Shown: positions 39,100-44,659 of the stretch, piece after piece | How positions within the stretch are numbered: position 1 is the first letter of the stretch | Layout: the number at the start of each line of letters is the position of its first letter | Assembly: GCA_038108555.1 (NCBI GenBank) | Contig: JAYNIA010000018.1 | Location: forward strand, 1 to 44,659 | From: Nitrospinota bacterium | GTDB lineage: Bacteria; Nitrospinota; Nitrospinia; Nitrospinales; VA-1 | Direction: 5' to 3' | DNA: 44,659 bases | The notes under the pieces: model-generated | Databases searched by the model: none | What the model was told of the DNA's origin: nothing | Seen by the model: the letters and a program-made list of their open reading frames with translations, nothing else | Made by a program: the position numbers and the translations under genes

Positions 39100-40125
39100 C
39101 TATTCATCTTTTTTCCTACGGTCCAGTTCAACATTTAAACGAAGGCTTTGGTCCATAACCACTTCGCCAAGCATATCCAAAGGTAAAACTGCATCCGCTA
39201 CTTTAGTGTCTAATGCCGTTTGTGGCATTGAGGGTGCAGCAGAAGCCTTGGGGTCTTCAATAAATACCGCACCGCCCGCCGCTTTAATGTTTCTTGCTCC
39301 TTGCGATCCATCCCTGCCGACCCCGGAAAGAATCACCCCAATGCAAAACTCGCCAAATACGTTTGCTGCATTTCGAAACATATGATCTGCAGAAGGCCGC
39401 AAGTAATTTTCCTTGGGTTCTTTATTCAGGTCCAACGAGACGGGAGCCCTGGAAAAGGCCAGGTGATATCCTCCCGGAGCAAGATAAATATGTCCCCGGG
39501 CCGGTTGCAAATCCTGATAGGCCAGCATACAGGGAAAACCTGTCTCCTGTTTCAATTGACGGGCCAGCAATTTCATCATCCAATCGGGCCCATGTTGAAC
39601 CACAAAAAAAGCAGCAGGACAATCCCGGTCGATATTTCGAAAAAACTCATGGAGGTCCGAAGGGCCACCCGTTCCCGCTCCAACAACCACACTCACAAAT
39701 GGGGGAAGACCATTGACTTTTACCGGAGTCACCACCCGGTCATCCGCTTCGGGAGCAGGCTGGTTCATTCGAGCCAAACCATCCGACAACACCCTGACCA
39801 CGTCCCCGGAACGGTAGGGCTTTATCAAAAAATCGTCAGCTCCTGCCTGTAAGACCTGCTGCCGGGCATCATCATCGCTGATGGCAGTAATCATAAGAAT
39901 TAACGGAGTCGATTCCACTTCTGCCCGTACTCTTTGAATGAGAGTGATCCCATCCATTTCAGGCATCATCCAATCCGTTAGTAGCGCATCGAACTTTTCA
40001 TCGCGTAAACGCTGCAAAGCTTTTGCACCGTCCTGGACCACTTCTACAGAGTGTTCATTTTTTCTTAAGATGTTTTCCAGAAGACGGGCATTGTCCAAAT
40101 CGTCTTCGGCAACAAGAATTCTCAT
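39100..40125 (-). CDS. REC + CheB methylesterase-like protein (catalytic Ser absent)
   Basis: DWMMPEMDG receiver; GAGTGGP, VVQHG, RPSADHMF, LSGVGRDG, SMP. Confidence 0.88.
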   Translation of the reverse strand: MRILVAEDDLDNARLLENILRKNEHSVEVVQDGAKALQRLRDEKFDALLTDWMMPEMDGITLIQRVRAEVESTPLILMITAISDDDARQQVLQAGADDFLIKPYRSGDVVRVLSDGLARMNQPAPEADDRVVTPVKVNGLPPFVSVVVGAGTGGPSDLHEFFRNIDRDCPAAFFVVQHGPDWMMKLLARQLKQETGFPCMLAYQDLQPARGHIYLAPGGYHLAFSRAPVSLDLNKEPKENYLRPSADHMFRNAANVFGEFCIGVILSGVGRDGSQGARNIKAAGGAVFIEDPKASAAPSMPQTALDTKVADAVLPLDMLGEVVMDQSLRLNVELDRRKKDE

Positions 40126-40230
40126 ATCTAACTTTCAGGCCGTATTGATAAAAAACTTCCGGTTTTCTTGTCTACTCCAAATGGACACATCTGATATAAT
40201 GGAACAAAAACCAAAACTCAGAACCTATAT

Positions 40231-42747
40231 ATGATTTTATCACGTTTCCGATTAATCTCGGCTTTTCTAATCCTGTTTTTCTCCTGTATTTCAACTGACG
40301 CACAAAGTCAAAACTTAAACAGCGAAAATTCAATAGAAAAGGAACTGATCCGCATCTCGGGACAACCTGATTCTGAAATAGATCTGTTCGAAACATTGCT
40401 CCTTATATCCAGACATTGGGACCCATCCCTTCAAACAGAACCCTTGCGCCGGGAAATTAACAACCTGGTTTTGGATGCAAAGAAAGGAATATCAGGAGAC
40501 AGCCAAACCATAATCGACACCCTGCGGAATGCCATTCATACAAAAGCGGGCTACCGCTACACCGAACAAGTGGATGCAAGTGGAATCCCCATAAACAAGG
40601 AAGAGCTTTTTTTGCATGGGATGCTCAAAACCAAAAGAGGCTATTGCATGAACCTGTCCCTGCTTTATCTTATTTTGGGACAAAAATTGGATTTACCTCT
40701 ATATGGGGTTCCGTTACCAAATCATTTTTTCGCAAGGTACAAAAAAGGAAACCAACAAATAAATATAGAAGCAACGGAAATGGGCATAACCCTGCCCAAT
40801 AGTTTTTACAGACAACGGTACCTGCCCCCTTCTGAAAAAAACAGTTCTTATTTTCTGAGCAACCTGAACCACAAACAAAGTTTGGGCGCTTACTTTTCCA
40901 ATGTGGGAATGGTTTACTACCAGAATAAAAAAATAGAACGGGCCGTTTTTTATTTAAACCTGTCTACAAAAATAAATCCAGGCTCCATAGACGCACAAAA
41001 CAATCTGGCAAATATTTATTCAGAGCAAAATAATTTAAAAGATGCCATACATCATTACAACCTGGCTTTAAAAAATTCTCCGGGGAATATAGCCACCCTT
41101 TTCAACCTTGGCCTGGCTTACCAAGATAACGGCAACATCGATTCGGCTATAGAAAGCTTTTTACAGGTTTCGCAAATAAACCCCTCTTTTTTGCCCGTGC
41201 ACCAACGGCTGGCAAACCTGTATTTGAAAAAAAACCGCCTTATTTCATCCTTGTTACACTTGAAAAAACTGGCAAAACTGCAACCTGAAAAAATTCAAAA
41301 CAAACTCAACGTTGCCAATGCCTTCAGTCGATTGGGGCAACACTCCCTTGCAATCCAGGCATTGGAAAGCATAAAAACCCGATTTCCGGGGAATGAACGA
41401 ATTCATGCAGGACTTGCCGAGGCTTACTATAGAATGAACGACTTTTCCCGTGCCATAGAACAATATCAATATCTCATTGATCAAAGTCCAGAAGAACTGA
41501 AAAACTATATCCAACTGGGTTGGACCCATTATCGAAACAACGAGCTTGCAATGGCTTCGGCATGGACCCTGCGGGGATTAAAGAAAAGCAAAAACTCTGG
41601 CAACCTCACAACCCTGGCAATGATGAACCTGGGATTTTATTCTCTGCTGCAAAAAAAATATCCTGAGGCTAAAAACTGGTATCGAAAAGTATTGTCAGAA
41701 AATCCTCCTCAAATCGCTGAAAGTCTGATCGCAGATATCCAAACCTCTACTCATTCACAAAGAGCGGATTTAAAATTTTTTTCCGGCTGGATATACTCCG
41801 AAACCAAACAGAATGAAAAAGCCAAATGGTTTTTAAAATCCTATCTGGAGATGGAAGCGAACGGAGAATTTTCTGAGGAAGCAAGATCCCTCTTAAAATC
41901 ATTTGGCGTGAAGGATGTTTTGTATTTTCGAAACACATCCTCCGCATCGGGAAAAACTTCACCACCACCGGGAATGGCCCTGATCCCATCCGGATTTTTT
42001 AAAATGGGTTCAAACGACGGCCTTGAAGACGAAGGCCCTGAGCATCGGGTTTTCCTGGATAGTTTTTACATAGATAAATTTGAGGTCTCGGCAAAAGAAT
42101 TTTCTGATTTTTTAAACACCAACAATAATCGCAAGGGATACTACCTGGATAATAAATTTGGCACTTTAATCTATGATGGAAAATTTTCACCCAGGCCAGG
42201 ACTGGAAAACTTCCCCATCAATAACGTCTCCTGGCAGGCTGCAAAAAAATATTGTGAATGGAAGGGGAGGCGTCTTCCATCCGAAGCTGAATGGGAAAAA
42301 GCAGCCCGGGGGACAAATGCCAACCTCTATCCCTGGGGCAATCATCCGCCCTCCCCTGACCTCGCGCGTTACCACCAGACCTGGTCTGATGAAATCAAAC
42401 ATAAGGTTCTGGTGCCGGTAGATGCACTGGAAGGAGGAAAAAGCGAATACGGACTTTATAATATGTCCGGAAACGTTAAAGAATGGGTGGACGATTGGTA
42501 TGATCGCGAGTATTATAGGGAAATTGACGAATATGCAAACCCGAAAGGGCCCATTGGTGGAGAGTTCAAGGTCGTCCGCGGTGGATCATGGCGCGATCTT
42601 AAAGGATTTATTTACTCTTCTTTTCGAAACAACGGTAACCCGGGAAGCAGAATGGACGATTATGGGTTCCGTTGCGCACGCAGCGTATCCCCTAATTCCG
42701 AACCCAAAAAATTGACCCGTCTTCAGATTCCTGATCATTCAGGCTAA
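40231..42747 (+). CDS. Exported SirB1/transglutaminase-like + TPR + FGE-sulfatase (SUMF1-like) domain protein
   Basis: GYCMNLSLLY...PNHFF; multiple TPRs; FKMGS, EGPEH, RLPSEAEWEKAARG, MSGNVKEW, RGGSW, GFRCA. Confidence 0.88.
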   Translation: MILSRFRLISAFLILFFSCISTDAQSQNLNSENSIEKELIRISGQPDSEIDLFETLLLISRHWDPSLQTEPLRREINNLVLDAKKGISGDSQTIIDTLRNAIHTKAGYRYTEQVDASGIPINKEELFLHGMLKTKRGYCMNLSLLYLILGQKLDLPLYGVPLPNHFFARYKKGNQQINIEATEMGITLPNSFYRQRYLPPSEKNSSYFLSNLNHKQSLGAYFSNVGMVYYQNKKIERAVFYLNLSTKINPGSIDAQNNLANIYSEQNNLKDAIHHYNLALKNSPGNIATLFNLGLAYQDNGNIDSAIESFLQVSQINPSFLPVHQRLANLYLKKNRLISSLLHLKKLAKLQPEKIQNKLNVANAFSRLGQHSLAIQALESIKTRFPGNERIHAGLAEAYYRMNDFSRAIEQYQYLIDQSPEELKNYIQLGWTHYRNNELAMASAWTLRGLKKSKNSGNLTTLAMMNLGFYSLLQKKYPEAKNWYRKVLSENPPQIAESLIADIQTSTHSQRADLKFFSGWIYSETKQNEKAKWFLKSYLEMEANGEFSEEARSLLKSFGVKDVLYFRNTSSASGKTSPPPGMALIPSGFFKMGSNDGLEDEGPEHRVFLDSFYIDKFEVSAKEFSDFLNTNNNRKGYYLDNKFGTLIYDGKFSPRPGLENFPINNVSWQAAKKYCEWKGRRLPSEAEWEKAARGTNANLYPWGNHPPSPDLARYHQTWSDEIKHKVLVPVDALEGGKSEYGLYNMSGNVKEWVDDWYDREYYREIDEYANPKGPIGGEFKVVRGGSWRDLKGFIYSSFRNNGNPGSRMDDYGFRCARSVSPNSEPKKLTRLQIPDHSG

Positions 42748-42768
42748 ACGGAGTATCTCTGAAAAGAA

Positions 42769-43038
42769 ATGATTGGTGCAATTGAAATACTAATAATCGC
42801 GGTGATTTTTGGAATCATCTATGGTCGCGACGCCATTGACAAAACCTTCAGGAAACATGCAGATGAAGGGGTGGTTGAAAGTATGGCCGGTGACCTGAAG
42901 GAATACTACGAAGAAGACCCGAAACGAATGGTCAAGCTGGCGGTATTCATAATTTCTGCGGTATCATTTCTGGGCCTCGGTGCCTATTGGGCCATCACCC
43001 GCACCGATTTTTTGAAAATGATCGGACTCGATCAGTAA
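42769..43038 (+). CDS. Small membrane protein
   Basis: Two hydrophobic helices; N-terminus MIGAIEILII loosely TatA-like. Confidence 0.65.
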   Translation: MIGAIEILIIAVIFGIIYGRDAIDKTFRKHADEGVVESMAGDLKEYYEEDPKRMVKLAVFIISAVSFLGLGAYWAITRTDFLKMIGLDQ

Positions 43039-43499
43039 TTGAAACCATTGTCCCTTACATGAATATAAGGGTCGCCTCCCTTTAAAGTTTTACCGCCAAC
43101 AATTTCTCCAACGTATAAAACATGATCGCCGGCCTGTATGGAATGCGCCACTTCACATTCGAGATAAGCCACCGCATCGGATAAAATTCTTATACCATCG
43201 AGTCCCTTTCGGGTTTTTACTCCCTTGAAAATATCCTCCGGGGGACGGCTGAAGTGTTTGAGCAAAGTCATATCGTCTTGCGGTAAAACATTTACGATGA
43301 AAGCATCCGTTGCTTCCACCAGCAGCCGAGCCGACCGCAAGGTAGCCAAAGCAATGGTTACCGCAGGGGGATCAAATGAACATTGATTGACCCAACTTGC
43401 CAGCACCGCATCTTCCTTGTCTTCACATTTCGCAGTCACCACATACAATCCACTGGCGACCCTGCCCAAAGCCTTCCCCACTTGTTTCTTGTTTTTCAC
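43032..43499 (-). CDS. Flavin reductase-like protein
   Basis: SGLYVVT, ASWVNQCSFDPP, AYLEC, GDHVLYVGEI; GGAGA RBS. Confidence 0.92.
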   Translation of the reverse strand: MKNKKQVGKALGRVASGLYVVTAKCEDKEDAVLASWVNQCSFDPPAVTIALATLRSARLLVEATDAFIVNVLPQDDMTLLKHFSRPPEDIFKGVKTRKGLDGIRILSDAVAYLECEVAHSIQAGDHVLYVGEIVGGKTLKGGDPYIHVRDNGFNY

Positions 43500-43548
43500 A
43501 AATATCTCCTCTCACCAGCAAAACGCTGGAATCATTAATTAAGATAAA

Positions 43549-43914
43549 CTATTTGGCACAGGCGGTATTATAATCACGCAACACCTGTACCAGTTTGTCG
43601 CGGGACAAGGCCCCCTTGGCCACCAGAAGGTTTCCTAATAACTCGTTGGTCGTATTCTGGGCTTCAATCAGTTCGTCCACCTGCCCCTGATTTAACAACC
43701 CCATTTCCAATGCAAGGTTCCCAAAATCGTTTGCCTCCCGAACTCTTTTTCTCTGCTCGGTTAATATTTTGAACAGCCCCTTGGAATCCAGAAATCCTTT
43801 TTGAACCGCCATTTGCCCCATGGGCATTTTATTCTGCTGCTGTTCATCAAGTGCATTCATCAAATCTTCTTCTTTGACAAGCCCCTGTCCCAGTAAAAAT
43901 TCTCCGAATAGCAT
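43549..43914 (-). CDS. Stand-alone MshEN-like repeat protein
   Basis: Four repeats of the form [FML]G..[LA][LV]..G.[LV]....L...L..Q. Confidence 0.7.
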   Translation of the reverse strand: MLFGEFLLGQGLVKEEDLMNALDEQQQNKMPMGQMAVQKGFLDSKGLFKILTEQRKRVREANDFGNLALEMGLLNQGQVDELIEAQNTTNELLGNLLVAKGALSRDKLVQVLRDYNTACAK

Positions 43915-43926
43915 AAATCCCCCCGT

Positions 43927-44659
43927 TTACTTTGTAGTCATTCCAAACACACCGTCCCAATCATCCGCTGGAGGTTGAGTCTGAAAAGTAATACAACGTT
44001 CGAAATAAGTCAATGAAGGACCATCATCCTCATCAATAGCCAACACCCTTTCAAAGCACTGGATGCCTTCTTCCCACCTGCGGTTCCTATAATGATTCAA
44101 ACCATCATTAAAAATTGGAAGAATTTCACCCATAGGGTCGCTCAACTCGCCTTTTTTAGCAAGCACCTCAAAAACTCGCACAGGCTCATTTTTATCCACC
44201 ACACGGATTAAATCCAATTCCCGAACCTCAATATCTTCCTTTACTTGCTCATAGGTAAATTCACTGATCATGGTATAAGTCCGATACTGCTTGTTTACCC
44301 CTTCCAGACGGGCGGCAAGGTTCACCGAGTCTCCCATCATGGTGTAATCCATTCGACTTTTCGATCCCATATTTCCCACAACCATGGGCCCGGTGTTGAT
44401 GCCAATTCGCATGAACAATTCATGCTTGCCTTCCTTTTTCCAATCCTCGCGAAGCTCCGCCAAACGCTGCTGCATTTCCAATGCGACCAGACAGGTGCGA
44501 CGGGCATGGTCCTTGTGTGGAATGGGTGCCCCAAAAAAAGCGATGATCGCATCGCCCTCAAACTTGTCCACCGTGCCTTCATATCTCATAATGATGTCCG
44601 TCATCTCCGTGAGGTAATGATTCAAAAGATCGACCAGCTCCTCCGGTTCCAAACTCTCT
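43927..44659 (-). CDS. Class III adenylate/guanylate cyclase with C-terminal TPR (N-terminus beyond the window)
   Basis: GTVDKFEGDAIIAFFGAP, RIGINTG, DYTMMGDSVNLAARLE; K and D specificity residues suggest ATP. Confidence 0.93.
   Translation of the reverse strand, partial: ESLEPEELVDLLNHYLTEMTDIIMRYEGTVDKFEGDAIIAFFGAPIPHKDHARRTCLVALEMQQRLAELREDWKKEGKHELFMRIGINTGPMVVGNMGSKSRMDYTMMGDSVNLAARLEGVNKQYRTYTMISEFTYEQVKEDIEVRELDLIRVVDKNEPVRVFEVLAKKGELSDPMGEILPIFNDGLNHYRNRRWEEGIQCFERVLAIDEDDGPSLTYFERCITFQTQPPADDWDGVFGMTTK

Noticed and set aside
39294..39852. Plus-strand ORFs of 140 and 183 aa
   Set aside because: Antisense shadows of the CheB-like gene
41960..42690. Diversity-generating retroelement target (FGE/CLec fold)
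   Set aside because: No reverse transcriptase and no template-repeat copy of the 3' end found in the window
42769..43038. tatA assignment
   Set aside because: Lacks the FG hinge and amphipathic helix pattern and has a second TM helix

Overview
A bacterial chromosomal window, most likely from a Nitrospinota-like organism. This is an inference from gene content: short RI-type LRR proteins, a soluble Frd/Sdh-like pair, a multiheme UshA-like protein and DUF3568. Most of it is housekeeping: secD (partial), yajC, yebC-ruvC-ruvA-ruvB, a DHH/CBS tRNA nucleotidyltransferase, mrp, flgM, rpmB, relA/spoT, recG, DUF58/BatA and a partial class III cyclase. The most striking feature is an accessory locus directly after ruvB. 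Two ~122-125 bp, ~90% identical direct repeats, each an inverted doublet of G/C-run hairpins (REPIN-like), bracket an AT-rich two-gene cassette with its own predicted promoter. The cassette encodes a secreted YHYH protein and a Zn-ribbon + TIR/nucleoside-deoxyribosyltransferase-like protein, a candidate defence gene. No integrase or transposase lies nearby. A related hairpin doublet with the opposite architecture sits between ruvA and ruvB. A NemR-like TetR/tautomerase/AhpD module with two visible operators follows the cassette. Other points of note: an HD-GYP gene remnant missing from the ORF track, sigma28 promoters before flgM and a yjfB-like gene, a CheB-like protein lacking its catalytic Ser, a stand-alone MshEN-repeat protein and an anchorless Frd/Sdh pair. 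No rRNA, tRNA or CRISPR array was seen.
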